From the NCBI RefSeq assembly GCF_963921235.1, contig NC_086109.1, positions 3,350,001 through 3,414,000 on the forward strand: a DNA stretch of 64,000 nucleotides, in the 5' to 3' direction. Shown piece after piece: positions 1 to 12,315 of the stretch. Both the position numbers and the translations under genes were made by a program. The notes under the pieces are model-generated. The model had not been told where the DNA came from. It did not search any database and saw only the letters and a list, made by a program, of their open reading frames with translations. Position 1 is the stretch's first letter; every line of letters starts with the position of its first letter. This DNA is from Mobula hypostoma (lineage: Eukaryota).

Positions 1-151
1 TACAACAAACCCAGAGTCACAACAGTCTGCATAAAGAGTCAATGTTTCGGGCCGAGACCCATCATTATCTCTCAGCCCAAATCGCCGACTCTGTATTCCT
101 TCCTATAGAGTCACCTGACCGACTGAGTTCCTCCAGCATTTTGTGTGTCCA

Positions 152-977
152 AAGGCTGAAAGGTACATTTAATGTCAGGGAAGTGTATACAATATACATC
201 CTGAAATGCTTTTTCTTCAAAACCATCCACGAAAACAGAGGAGTACTCCAAAGAATGAGCAACAGTTAAATGTTAGAACCTCAAAGTACCCCCCAGCTCC
301 CCCTCTCCCACACATAAGCAGCAGCAAGCAGCAATCCCCCCCTGCCCCCACCGGCAGAAAGAAGCATTGGCACCAGCACCGAGCTCTCAAGCACGAGCAA
401 AGCAACAACAAAGACACAGACTCGCAGTTACCCCAAAGACTTTGTGTTTCACCCGGTATTCGACATACCACAGGCTCTCTCTCCCTAATAAGGGAGAAAG
501 AGGTGTCTCTATTTTCCCAGCGAGCAGGGAGACATAACAAACAACTCATTGGTTTACGATGTTAAAAGTCCGTTACATCACTTTTTTCGAGCTCTGTGCC
601 TGAAGATCGCAAAGATCCCGGGCCTCCAGGCACACAGCCGTAGATATTTAGACTCCCCTGATGACACACAGGCCTCCTATCGTGACACTGACCCTCGATC
701 TGCCCATCTCCAGAGCCTGGAGATCCTAGGCTTCTGAATCTCAGCCGGAATCTTAGGCCGAGCCTTTGGCGTGCTGAACAACAGCCAGTTATGGAACCCC
801 CAGAGCGGGTCCCATTCCCGCAAAGAACTGTAGCCAGCGTGTAACTCCAGGTCAGGGTCTTCAAAAGAGTCCTGCAAGGGAAAAATAAAGACATTAAAGA
901 TGGAAATAGAGCTGTTTCCAAAGATGCAAACAAAGGAGTCGCCGTTAGGCGCCATTGACTCTCCTAAGCTCCGCCTC
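152..977 (-). mobile_element. ~820-bp non-autonomous retroposon ('family A'), non-coding body with LINE-like 3' tail
   Basis: Closely similar copy at 41672-42493 with the same ends (aaaggtac...tttaatgtcag / cctaagctccgcc); more diverged copies at 5487-6299 (+) and ~11895-12315 (-); no long ORF. Confidence 0.8.
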
Positions 978-1140
978 CTTGTGAACGTACCAAAGCAACA
1001 GTTAATATTTTTAAAAATCATCTACAATTTACAAGAAGCAAATGTCACTTGAAGACACAAAGCACAAGAAGTGGTTCAGCTGTGGCCAGTTAAAGCTTGC
1101 TTTAGATTGAACAAAAAGATTCAGAATGTTGGCAGATAAA

Positions 1141-1582
1141 CTGAATTGAATTGACTTCAATTTCTTACATCCTTCACATACGAGGAGTAAAAATCTTTAC
1201 ATTATGTCTCCTTCTAAATGTGCAATGTGCAATCATAGTAATTTATAATAATTTATAATAAATAGAACAGTCAATGTAATATAGAGTGCACTCAAATCAG
1301 CAAGAGTTCATCAGTCTGATGGCCTGGTGGAAGAAGCTGTCCCGGAGCCTGTTGGTCCTGGCTTTTATGCTGCAGTACCGTTTCCCGGATTGTAGCAGCT
1401 GGCATAGATTGTGGCTGGGATGGCTTGCATCCCCAATGATCCTACGGACCCTTTTTACACACCTGTCCTTGTAAGTGTCCTGAATCATGGGAAGTTCGCA
1501 ACTACAGATGTGCTGGGCTGTCCGCACCACTCTCTGCAGAGTCCTGCGATTAAGGGAGGTACAGTTCCCATACCAGGCAGTG
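1141..1582 (-). mobile_element. Rex1/Babar-like LINE 3' fragment
   Basis: ORF 1297..1674(-): AWYGNC..LQRVVRTAQHI..IIGDASHPSHNLCQLLQSGKRYCSIKARTNRLRDSFFHQAIRLMN; short tandem-repeat tail. Confidence 0.8.
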
Positions 1583-1589
1583 TACCTGA

Positions 1590-3445
1590 GTATTGTGACA
1601 ATTTCAGAATTCAGCACAGGACTGTTGATAAGGAAAGTGAAAGAAGAGTGTGAGAGGAATCCGCTGAGAATCATAAAAAGTGCAAACTACGTAAAATGGA
1701 AAAGATTATCCCAAGGTAATATAAATCCTTTACAGATTGAGAATGGAGAAATTATACTGGGGGTTAAGTACTTCTACCATCGCAGTAGAAGATACAGAAG
1801 ACCTCCTCGCAGTAGTAGAGAACCACAGTTCAGGTGAAAAAGGACGACAGAGAAATTAGTGTTTTTAAATAAAAACAAATTGGAAAAAATAATGGGTCTA
1901 AAAGTCAATAAATCTTCAGTCCTAGTGAGCTGCACAAGATGGAGATGGGGGGATATGGACATGGTGTAGGTAAGAAGGATATATGTTTGGGTGTTTTTGA
2001 TTTGCTCTTTAGCTGATTCGGAACAACATTATGGACCAGATGGCCTGTTCCTGTGTTACACTCTTCTGCATTCTGTGCACTTTGGGGTTTTGAAGGACTG
2101 GTGACGGATGCATTGCTCGTCATTGTCTAAAGTTCCATCAGTTCTAGAATAGTCCCCAGAGATTGGCGGGGGTGGGGGGGTTTAATAAATATCACCTGAC
2201 TGCGTAAAAAATAGGGGTGAAAAGAAACAGGGGCGCTCACCAGTACAAGGCAGAGTCTGGTGTCAGGGCAGGGAAAATGCTGGAGTCCATCAGTATGCAA
2301 GTGATGGAAGGAACTTGGAGAACAATGATAACAGGACTGGCAGAGTTGTCCATAGGAGGAAAAAGCTGGGGGTCCTCATTTAAAATTCAAACTTTGTGGA
2401 TTACCTGAGATGAGATCATGTCTCATATTACTCAGTTTTTGAGAGGTTATAAGGAAAGTTGATGAAGGAAATGTGTCATGATGTCTGCTGGCAATACCGA
2501 ACCTACGTGTGGACAAAAGACAGACTTCAATGCAGAGCTGGTGAACAGCACCTATTCGTAAGGATTCCAACAGAATGTTAGTGGCTCAACTGAGAAACAC
2601 CACGAAGCATCATGTTCTCAAAACTAGGACCCCGCAAATAGTACTAATCCAGTGTCCACTTAAATAATACAAGTAACGCAGAATTCCTGAGCAAATCAAC
2701 ATAACCTTAATGAGTTAAAGCAGAAAATACTAAGAAACCACATTACAAAGAGCGAGTTGCTCAAGAAAAATCTGAAGGATCTCCAAACGATTAATGACTC
2801 TCTTTAAACAACACTTAGCCAATTCGGGTGCACTGAACACCACGGAGTCCAATGCTGTCCGGCTCCCCACACAAGCCTGAAGAGCTGATTGCAAAAGGTG
2901 GAAGACATTGTCAGCATGAACTTTAGCAAAACTTCGTCAAGCCCTACGTGGGAGGTTGGTCCAGAAGGTTCAGTCGCTTGGTATTCAGGATGAGATAGTA
3001 AATTATATTCAACATTGAGATTTAAGAAAGGGTTGTATTAGATGGTCCAGTACAGATGAATAGTTTTGGACCAAAATATTGCCCGTAGACTTCCCTCCAT
3101 AGATACCACCTGACTCGCTGAGTTCCTTCAACATTTTGGGTGTGTTGCTCAAGATTTCCAATATCTGCAGAATCTCTTATATTTATGATAGTGGATGATT
3201 GTCTCACTAACTGGAGGCCTGTGATAAGTTGGTGTGCTGCAGGGACTGGTGTTGGGTCCATTGTCGTTTGTCATCTAAATTGATGATGTGGTAAACTGGA
3301 TCAGCAAATATGCAGATGACACCAAGACTGGACGTAGTGGACAGTACGAAAGGCCATCAAAGCTTTCAGTGGGAACTGGACCAGCTGAAAAAATGGGGTA
3401 AGAAAATTACAGATGGAATTTATTACAGATAAATGTGAGGTGCTG
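1590..3445 (+). mobile_element. Mosaic of degraded CR1/HER1-like LINE RT fragments
   Basis: Recognisable remnants of SCLTNL, DFSKAFDKV, GVPQGSVLGPLLF and SKFADDTK motifs with stops/indels; interrupted by other inserts. Confidence 0.6.
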
Positions 3446-3731
3446 TATGATCTACAGATTCACTTTCAAAGACTCTTTGCAACTCAAGTTCTCAATATTA
3501 TTTTTTATTTGCACAGTTTGTCTTCTTTTGCTCATTGGTTGCTTGTCAGTTTGTCTGTTTAAGTATAGTTTTTCATAAATACTATTGCATTTTCTTTCTC
3601 CTGTAAATACCAGCGAGAAAAAAATAAAAACGCTAACATGAGGAAATCTGCAGATCCTGGAAATTCAAGCAACACACACAAAAAGCTGATGGAACACAGC
3701 AGGCCAGGCAGCATCCATAGGAAGAAGCACT

Positions 3732-3766
3732 GTCGACATTTCGGGCCGAGACCCTTCGTCAGGACT
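3732..3766 (-). ncRNA. Minimal type I hammerhead ribozyme motif
   Basis: Minus strand AGUC-CUGACGA-A-GGGU(CUCG)GCCC-GAAA-U-GUC^GAC; core intact, stem III C>U variant. Confidence 0.65.
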
Positions 3767-4033
3767 AACTGAAAGAAGAAATAGTAAGAGATTTGAAAGT
3801 GGGAGGGAGAGAAGGAGATCCCAAATGATAGGAGAAGACAGGAGGGGGAGGGATAAAGCTAAGAGCTGGAAAGGTGATTGGCAAAAGGGATACAAAGCTG
3901 GAGAAGGGAGAGGATCATGGAACGGGAGGCCTAGGGAGAAAGAAGCGGGGAAGGGAGCACCAGAGGAAGATGGAGAGCAGGCAAGGAGTTATTGTGAGAG
4001 GGACAGAGAGAGAGAGAAAAAAATGAAAATATA

Positions 4034-4078
4034 ATTAATTAATTAATTAATTAATTGATAGATAGATAGATAGATAGT

Positions 4079-4148
<70 letters not shown>

Positions 4149-4169
4149 AATAAATAAATAAATAAATAA
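4034..4169. repeat. Compound microsatellite (AATT)n(GATA)n(AAAT)n
   Basis: Directly visible. Confidence 0.95.
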
Positions 4170-4439
4170 GGGATGGGGTAAGGAGGGGAGGAGGAGCATT
4201 AGTGGAAGTTAGAGAAGTCAATGTTCATGCCATCAGGTTGGAGGCTACCCAGATGGAATATAAGGTATTGTTCCTCCAACCTGAGTGTGGCTTCATCTTG
4301 ACCGTAGAGGAGGCTATGGATAGACATATCAGAATGGGAAAGGGATGTGGGGCCATGGATAGACATATCAGAATGGGAATGGGAATAAATCTTGAGGTAG
4401 TATGGTAAAGAACTGTATGTTCTTTGATGATATATTTAC

Positions 4440-5068
4440 CTTGAACGTTGAGTTTAGAGCTTTGGGAGGACAAACCAGGGTGAGATTTATACGGTGAATG
4501 GTAAGGAACTGAGGCTTGTATCAGACCAAAGGCTCCTGGGAATAGAGATTAATAATTCTTAGAAAGCAGCATCACAGGAAGATCGGATCATATAAAAGAG
4601 TTTTTGGCACATTGGACTTCATAAAATCAGATTACAGAGTATAAGAATAGGCATATTAAATTGAAGTTATATAAGACATTAGTGAGGACAGATTTGGAGT
4701 ATTGTGTATAGCTCTGGTCACCTACCTACTGGAAAGATATGAATATCAAAGACTTCAGGATTTGAGTTATAGGGAAAGGTTCAATAGGTTTGGACTTTAA
4801 TGGAGGTATGAAACTAATGAGTCTTTGAGAAAGGGGTAAGCTTTTATGCAAAGGGTGGTGAGTACGAGGAATGGGCTGCTAGCGGCAGTGGTGGAGGAGG
4901 CGGAAGCGATAGGGTCTTTTAAGAGACTCCTGGATGGATACATGGAGCTTAGAAAAATAGAGGGCTATGGGTAAGCCTAGATAGCTCGAAGATAAGGATA
5001 TGTTCGGCACAGCTTTGTGGGCTGAAGAGCCTGTATTGTGCTGTAGGTTTTCTATGTTTCTATGTTCT
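4440..5068 (+). mobile_element. CR1/HER1-like LINE 3' fragments
   Basis: LYKTLVR..LEYCV..WSP remnant; (TTCTATG)-type tail at ~5050. Confidence 0.7.
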
Positions 5069-5486
5069 AAAGATGCAACAAAGCGGGCTTTGTAAGAGAA
5101 AGGAGATGAAATATAACACAGAGAATTGTTAAATGCCAGCCGATGGCAGATGTTGGTGTTCAGCGAGACCTGGGTTCCTTATACACGTCACTGAGTGCTC
5201 TTACTGTTATGGCTGTGTTTGAAGTTCAATGTGTAGTATCGTGGACAAGTTTTGTCTCCCTCCTGAGGAGGAATATGAAGACAGAACAGCCAAGGTTCAC
5301 CAGACTGATCTGAGGATGATGATTTGACTGAATCCGTACCCTGGGAGAAAGGGAAGTGTTACCATCGATGTGTGGCCTGGTATGTAAACACCAATGCCCT
5401 TGAAAGGAAAAACCTACAAAAAGTAATGGGTACAACCTAGTCCACCATGGGTAAAGCTCTCCCCACCATTGAGCACCTCGACATAG

Positions 5487-5778
5487 GTGGGGGCGGAGTC
5501 ATGATGGCACTAAATTTCCACTCCTTCAAATTCATCTACGAAAACAGTTTAATTTCTACCTTTGATATCTCTCCTTTTCCTTTCAGGGTGGATGTGTCTC
5601 TGTTCAAGGCCCTGTCCTGGAGTTAGACTCAAACTTCGACTCTTTGCGGTGGTGGGACCCATTCTCGGGAACTCATGACCGGGCACTTTTCGATATCCTC
5701 AGGAAGCACCCTAGAAGACAAGTGTGCCTTCAGGGTTCCGAGGTTTCGCAGCCCTGAGGACTGGCTGATTCTAAGTCA

Positions 5779-5819
<41 letters not shown>

Positions 5820-6299
5820 GTCAATGGGTGGGAGGTTTTGCTGATTCCCGAGTCTCAGAACTTTGGGGAAAACAGTAGCATGACAGATTTTTAACACCAT
5901 AAATCAGTGAGTTGTTTTGTTATGACTCCCCCCTCGCTGCGAAAGGGGATACCTCTCTTCCCCTTTATTAGGGAGAGGGAGAGCCTGTGGCATGCCAGAT
6001 GGATGAGTGAATGATTAGTTTTTGTTGCACTGGGGGCCTTGTTATTGCTTGCTCGGTGGGTGGAGGGAGCTGGTGCTTTTTTTTGGGGAAGTAGGTGGGT
6101 GTGGGGAGGGCCGATGCTTTGTTGCTGTTTGTGGGGGGGGGGGTGGGTGGAGAGTAGAGGGAGCTCCAGGGTTCTGAAGTTTTAACTGTCACTCATTCTT
6201 TGGGCCACCCTTCTGTTTTTGTAGATGTCTGCGAAGAAAGAGGATTTCAGGATGAATATTGGATACATTTCTCAGATACTAAATGGAACTATTGAACTA
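5487..6299 (+). mobile_element. Family A retroposon, diverged copy nested in a LINE
   Basis: 5' part aligns with the reverse complement of 800-977; 3' tail ttcaggatg..atacatttctc..actaaatggaact. Confidence 0.7.
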
Positions 6300-6611
6300 T
6301 CTACACAGAGCACTATCGCAGGAAAGCAGCATCCCTCTTCAAGGACCCCCACCATCCAGGCCATTCTGTCTTCTCACTGCTGCTGTCTGGAAGAAAGTAC
6401 AGGAGCCTCAGGATCCACACCACCAGGTTCAGGAACAGTTATTATTCCTCAGCCATCCGGCTCTTGAACAAAGAGGGAATAACTTCACTCAACTTCATTC
6501 TCCCATCACTGAACTGTTCCCACAACCAATGAACACACTTTCAAGAATTTTTCATCTCATGTTCTCGATGTTTATTGCTTATTTACTGTATTTATTATTG
6601 TTGAAGAAACT

Positions 6612-7095
6612 TATTTTTTCCTAAGCTCAAGCTGGTCAAACCTGAGTTATGGGCGGAGCAAAGCACACTTATTTCTCAATTTGGACTATTCGAGTGGTGT
6701 TTAGCATTGCAGCTCTCTGAAGATTTACATAAATAATACTATGTAGCCCTAATTGTTTAACATTATTGTGTTGTGCCTCTGGGATGATACCAGTTGTAGA
6801 TATTTCTGTCCGGACAATGTACACCCTGTTCATGTTCCATAGTCTTTCTATTTCCTCTTTTAATTCAGCATATTTCTGGTGTTTTTCACTGATTGATTTC
6901 TATAAGTTATGTGTGTTTGGAATGATTATATTTATTAAGTAAGTTGTTCTTGCTTGTTTACCCTGTATTATTTTATCCAGACAGTTATTATGAATTGTCC
7001 TATCTGTAATAATCGATTGGTCGTAATATAATTTGTGGGATTCTGACTCTAAAACTGGATCAGGCTTGTATTTATAGCAAGGTATAGCTTCTTTG
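6612..7095 (-). mobile_element. R4/Dong-clade non-LTR retrotransposon 3' fragment (restriction-like endonuclease region)
   Basis: Manual translation: YKYKPDPVLESESHKLYYDQSIITDRTIHNNCLDKIIQGKQARTTYLINIIIPNTHNL*KSISEKHQKYAELKEEIERLWNM..STTGIIP..LQRAAMLNTTRIV; one internal stop. Confidence 0.75.
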
Positions 7096-7330
7096 TATTA
7101 TTATTGTCATTATTTCTTTTATTCTTCTCTTTGTATTTGCACAGTTTGTTGTCTTTTGCACACTGGTTGTTTGTCCATCCTGCCGGGTACAGTCTTAGAT
7201 TGAATCTATTGCGTATCGTGTATTTACAGTGAATGCCCACAAGTAAATGGCTTTGAACTTGTGACCCACAGCCAGCTGATGGCCAGTGATATTCGGTAAG
7301 CCAACAGCTGAGTTTCATCCCACACCTGTT

Positions 7331-7486
7331 TCCCTCCCACCGAACGGTGTAACCCTGCCAGACCGATCAAGGGTCCATTGATTCCTCCCTCCCACCAAAC
7401 AGTGTAACCCTGCCAGACCGATCAAGGGTCCATTGATTCCTCCCTCCTACCGAACGGTGTAACCCTGCCAGACCGATCAAGGGTCC
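7331..7486. repeat. 55-bp tandem repeat, ~2.8 copies
   Basis: tccctcccaccgaacggtgtaaccctgccagaccgatcaagggtccattgattcc starting at 7331, 7386 and 7441. Confidence 0.95.
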
Positions 7487-7654
7487 GCCAATGCTGTCTC
7501 TCACCTGAAGCAGGGTTAATGAAAATTTTCTCAGCCAACTCCTTTGTCAGCTCTAACAGTCACTAATTATTCCTTCATCAATAATCTGACACAAAGTGTT
7601 TACTTTGGACAGTTAGATTTACTTTGTACTTTGTTTCGAATAGCTAAACAAAAA

Positions 7655-8005
7655 AACCATAATACCATATGACATAGGAGCAGAATTTGGCCATTTTGCC
7701 CATCGTGTCTGCTCCATAATTCCATCAAGGCTGATTTATTTCCCCTCTGAACCACATTCTCTTGCCATCTTCCCATAACCTTTAACACACTAACGAAGAA
7801 CGTGTCGACCTTTTCTTTAAGTATACCCAATGACTTGGCCTCTATAGCCATCTGTGGCAATGAATTCCAGAGATACCCCACCCTCTGACTGAAGAAATTC
7901 CTCCTCATCGCTGTTCTAAAAAGTCGTCTTTCTATTCTGAGGATGTGCCCTCTAGTTGTAGACCTCCCCACTGTGAGAAACATCTCCTCCTTGTCCATTC
8001 TATCA
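7655..8005 (-). mobile_element. CR1/HER1-like LINE 3' end
   Basis: TRGHILRIERRLFRTAMRRNFFSQRVGYLWNSLP; (CCATAAG)-type tail. Confidence 0.85.
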
Positions 8006-8869
8006 GAGAGAGACATAATATTTCAAGCAAAATATCTAATTGTGATAGAAAGGAGATGGATTGACCAGCAGGTAGAGCAAACTACAATGAACTGTACAAG
8101 AAAAGCGTATGTCCTGAACTCTCAGATCAAAGACAACATGGTTCTTCAAAAAAATAAAAGCTAGGAGCTGAGATTTGATGTATTAACTGAACAGTGTGGG
8201 ATAGTTAAATATCCCCCCCCCCCCCATAAATAATGAGGGAGCAGCCCTGGTGCTTGTAGATTGGCTTCCTTTGTTGTCAGAATCTCATGGATAAAGCTCT
8301 GCTACAGCTTATGTTGCGCTCCTAATGATCTCCCTGACCTTGACAGATATGGTCGGATCGGACAGGCTGTGTCCAATCAACTCAAATCTTCATCCTTATG
8401 CCTTACGCAGCTGGCTTCACAGTTTAATAATTAATCCCTGTTTACAACATATTGTTCATGACATCAGAACAATGAGAACATATTAAGGCATTAGGTTACC
8501 TTTCTCTTCAGGTGATATTAAACAGAGAGACAGTAGGCCCAGCTCTGTACTGAACAATTCCAGTTCCCAGCAACAGTAAATACAAAACCACTTCTCAAAG
8601 AAGAAACAGAAGCTTTTAAGTTTGTTTAATTGTTTAATAATATAGTTCATATTCGGAAATACTTTTGGTATTTTTTGTGTTTACAGTGCACTTTACCACG
8701 AGGAGGTAGGGCTGGAACATCAGGAATTGTTGTAACTGTACAGGCACAGACATCTGAGTTTCTGTACAGTTCTTCTCCCTTAAGAGAGATACATTTATAC
8801 TGGATGCAATTCAGAGACTTGGGATGGAGGAGCTGCAGACAGGTTGGACAGGTCTGGTCTACACTCAGT

Positions 8870-10365
8870 GGAGATTGCAAGAAGATCCATAAGGATCCAT
8901 CCTGGGACCTCTGTTGTTAAAAAACCTGGATGAAAATGTAGGTGGGCTGATTAGTACACTTGCAGACAGCACAAAATTTGCTGGAGTTGTGCAGAGCGAG
9001 GAAGGCTGTCAAAGGATTCAGAAGGATGGAGGACAGCTGGAAACGTGCAGAGAAATGACTACAATTGTGGAGGCTTGTTGTAGTTGCAGTGGGACATTAC
9101 AGGATGCAAAGCTGGGCTGAGAAGTGGCAGATGGTGTTCAACCTGGAGAAGTGTGAAGTGATTCACCTTAAAGGTTGAATTTGAAGGTGGGAGACAGGGT
9201 TAACGGCAGAATTCATAGCAGTGTGGAAGGACAGAGGGATCTTGGAGTCCACATCCATAGATCCCTCAAAGTTGCCGCACATTTATAGAGTTGTAAGAAG
9301 TTATATGGCAGAATTTGTCATCAAAATGTAGCTATTATCAACACTGGAAGCCTGAGAAGAGTTTATGTTTTGCTGGGGAAACCTAGATCCTTTATCAGTC
9401 ATATGTGCGTTGGCTTCCGTTAGTTGGGGGAATTGAGTTCAACAGCCATGAGGTAATGTTACAACTCTACAAAACCCTGGTTAGAGCATTCTTGGAGAAT
9501 TGTGTTCAATTCTAAAGTAAAGGCATCGTTAGTCTTGCGAGACCATGGATCTGTACCTGGAAATTCTTCACTCTCCAGGGCGCAGGCCTGGGCAAGGTTG
9601 TATGGAAGACCGGCAGTTGCCCATGCTGCAAGTCTCCCTTCTCCACGACACCGATATTGTCCAAGGGAAGGGCATTAGGACCCATACAGCTTGGCACCAG
9701 TGTCGTCGCAGAGCAATGTGTGATTAAGTGCCTTGCTCAAGGACACAACACATTGCCTCAGCTGGGGCTCGAACTCACGACCTTCAGGTCACTAGTCCAA
9801 TGCCTTAACCACTTGGCCACGTGCCCACAGCATTCTAGCTGTCTCATTATAGGAAGGTTGTAGAAGCTTTACAGAAAGTGTGGAGGATATCTACCAGGAT
9901 GCTGCCTGGACTAGCAGGCATGTCTTATGAAGATAGGTTGAGCAGGCTAGGGTTTTTCTCCTTGGAGTGAAGGACAATGGGAGATAAATTGATCAAGGTA
10001 TACAAGATGATAAGAGACATACTTATATATAGAGTGGATAGCCAGAGACTTTCTCCCAGGCAGAAATATCTATTGAAAGAGTGTGTAATTTTAAAGTGAT
10101 TGGTAGGAAGTATAAGGAAGACATCAGAGGTATGTTCTTTACACAGCGAGTGGTGGGTGTGTGGAATGCTCCACCAGGGAGATGATAGAGGCAGATACAT
10201 TGGTGATATTTAAGAAACTCTAAGTTAGGTACATAGATGATAGAAAAATGGAGAGTTATGTAAAAAGGATGGGTTAGATTGATCTTAGAGTAGGTTTCAA
10301 GATCGGCAGAACGTTGTGGGTCAAAGTGCCTCTATTGTGCCATAACATTCTATGTTCTATGTTTT
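8870..10365 (+). mobile_element. CR1/HER1-like LINE 3' ~1.2 kb, degraded, with nested SINE
   Basis: DENVGGLISTLADSTKFAGVV..EEGCQRIQ; LYKTLVR..LENCVQF; (TTCTATG) tail. Confidence 0.75.
9515..9828 (-). mobile_element. tRNA-derived SINE (CORE-like middle)
   Basis: Reverse-complement paralog of 17743-18045; A box TGGCCAAGTGG, B box GTTCGAGCCC. Confidence 0.85.
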
Positions 10366-10714
10366 AGAAGTAGCAGATATGACGTGTGGCTCTTTGGGAG
10401 GTCAAATAATTGAGGATAATACACAGAAGAAGCAGCACTTTTTGGAGTATTGGTAAACAGAGGGAACTTGGGGTACATCTGTAGCTTGCTGAAAGAATAG
10501 TAGAGAAGGCACATTAGTCATACCAGATGGGTGTTAAACGTAGAATTTGGGAAGTCACGTTGTATCTTTAACAAAGTTTGGTTAAGTCACACTTAGAGTA
10601 TTGTGTGTATTCTGATCACTAAGTTACAGAAAGGATGTGGAGGCTCTAGAGAAGATGCCGAAGAGGTTCACAAGGATCTTGCCTGGATTAGACAGTAATT
10701 GGTCTTTTACTGGA

Positions 10715-11111
10715 GAGCTTGTTGAGCGGTGGGGTGGAGATTCGTCTCTACCGAAGGAGGTATAAGGCTCCCCTTCACTCCACTAGCCTGCAGGTCACCC
10801 TTTAGCAAGGTGTAGCACCTGCTTAACTGCCCCCACGTCCCACTCAGAGTCATGTGAAGCCAGAGGAGCAGGTGGTGGATGGTCACATAAGCATCTGGTG
10901 CATATCACAAGTCCTGGTTATGTGACCAATGACACCAGGCAGACAATATCTGAAGAGCATTGATAATGGCTGGTGTCGCTCGTCTTGTAAAGGCACTGCC
11001 AAGAAGAAGGCAATGGCAAACCACTTCTGTAGAAAGATTTGCCAAGAACAATTATGGATACCATGATTGCCCACGTTATACGGCATGACACATGATGATG
11101 ATGATGATGAT
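10715..11111 (+). mobile_element. SINE-like element with RTE/BovB-type 3' region
   Basis: gaaggcaatggcaaaccacttc motif (Bov-A/Sauria-SINE-like) and (TGA)n tail; interrupts a CR1 fragment. Confidence 0.65.
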
Positions 11112-11120
11112 TTTGTAAGG

Positions 11121-11200
11121 CAGAGGTTCCCAACATGGGGTCCATGGACCCCTCGGTTAATGGTAGGGGTCCACAGCATGAAATAAGTTGGCAACCCATG
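11121..11200. mobile_element. 80-bp hAT-type MITE
   Basis: Imperfect TIR cagaggttcccaac / gttggcaacccatg; 8-bp TSD ttgtaagg / ttgtaaga; degenerate relative at 53698-53747 with TSD ctccaaac / ctctaaac. Confidence 0.75.
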
Positions 11201-11429
11201 TTGTAAGACAGGCTGGATAGTCAGGGGCTGTTTTTCCCTGGAGTGTAGGAGGCTGAGAGGCGAACTTATTAGGACTATACAATATCATGGCAGCCACAAA
11301 TAAGGTGACAGGTCACAGTCTTCTCCCCAGGTAACAGAGTCCAAAACTGAGGGGTGCAGGTTTTGGGTGACAGGAGTAAGATTTAATTGGATCAGAGAGG
11401 CAGCGTTTTCACACAGAAAGTGGTGGGTT

Positions 11430-11785
11430 TGGGTGATTTGAGTTGTTCTCTGATCTTGGTAATTTACTTGTAAACATTTCGTCACCATACCTTTGGTGCG
11501 CTGTTAATTGTGGTGTGTCCTCCAAATATTTGGCCGTTATATACATCATTACAGAAACTCAGTGGTGATTTCAGGAGGAATTCTCATCGCTGGTTGGTTG
11601 TGTGATGAACTTCATGATTTGTAGTCGGGAATTTTGCCCGCATTAGCTCATAAATAGGATCAAGGTCTACGTGTCTGATTATAGAGTTGTTTGCAGAAAG
11701 CCACGCTTCTAAGAATTCTCCGACTACCATGTTTGCTGACCCCATGGCTTTCAGTGACACTGAGTCAAATTTGTGCCCCTCTTGA
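11430..11785 (-). mobile_element. Second Penelope-like family (Poseidon-like) 3' fragment
   Basis: EGHKFD..GEFLEAWLSANNSIIRHVDLDPIY resembles a PLE GIY-YIG C-terminus; degenerate ggtgacgaaatgtt hammerhead half follows. Confidence 0.65.
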
Positions 11786-11894
11786 GTGTGTGGGATGAGC
11801 TGCCAGAAGAACTTACGGAGGCGGATACAACTACAATATTTTAAAGTCACTTGGACAGGTACGTGAGAGGAAAGGTTTGGAGAGATACAAAGTC

Positions 11895-12315
11895 AGTCAC
11901 GTCTCATTTTTTTTCTGAGTTCTGTGACCCGAGAATCGGCAACAATCTCTCCCCCACCAGCAAGAGAGAGAGAGGGAGAAAGCGCCTCAGAGAGCTGATC
12001 TGCTATTCCTGATGTTCCATCCTCTCCTACATCACTTCAGTCAGCAGCACCGGCTTAGCACCTGCCCATCCACAGGGCCGTGAAGCACGCTCGTCTTCTA
12101 GGCCAGATCCTTGGAATATCGAAAAGCAGCCAGTCATGAGCCACTAGCAGCAGGTCCCACCATCACAAAGAACAGAAGTTTGAATGTATCCCCAGGTCAA
12201 GGTCTTCAGCAGAATCCCATCTGCCCTGGGAAGGAAGAGGAGAGATATCAATCACTCTGTTTTCGTAGATGAACACAAAGAAGTCACCATTGAGCACCAT
12301 TATAACTCCACCTCA
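11895..12315 (-). mobile_element. Family A retroposon, old diverged partial copy
   Basis: cccaggtcaaggtcttc..gagatat..gtagatgaacacaaagaagtcacc..caccattataactccacc aligns with 846-975. Confidence 0.55.

Larger units (their letters stand above)
3630..4385 (-). mobile_element. Penelope-like element 3' part (GIY-YIG C-terminus remnant plus pseudo-LTR with hammerhead motif)
   Basis: 4200-4380 is homologous to the GIY-YIG tail at 39336-39536; pyrimidine-rich UTR; pLTR with CTGACGA..GAAA. Confidence 0.8.
5362..7262 (+). mobile_element. Rex1/Babar-like LINE 3' end carrying two nested insertions
   Basis: AWY..NA...LQKV..GKALPTIEH before 5480 resumes as IYTEHYRRKAAS at ~6299; 3' UTR paralogous to 33580-34595. 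Confidence 0.75.

Noticed and set aside
152..977. Pair of LTRs (with 41672-42493) bounding a 41-kb retroelement
   Set aside because: No TG..CA termini or gag/pol between them; copy 2 is a self-contained insertion in a LINE; other dispersed copies exist
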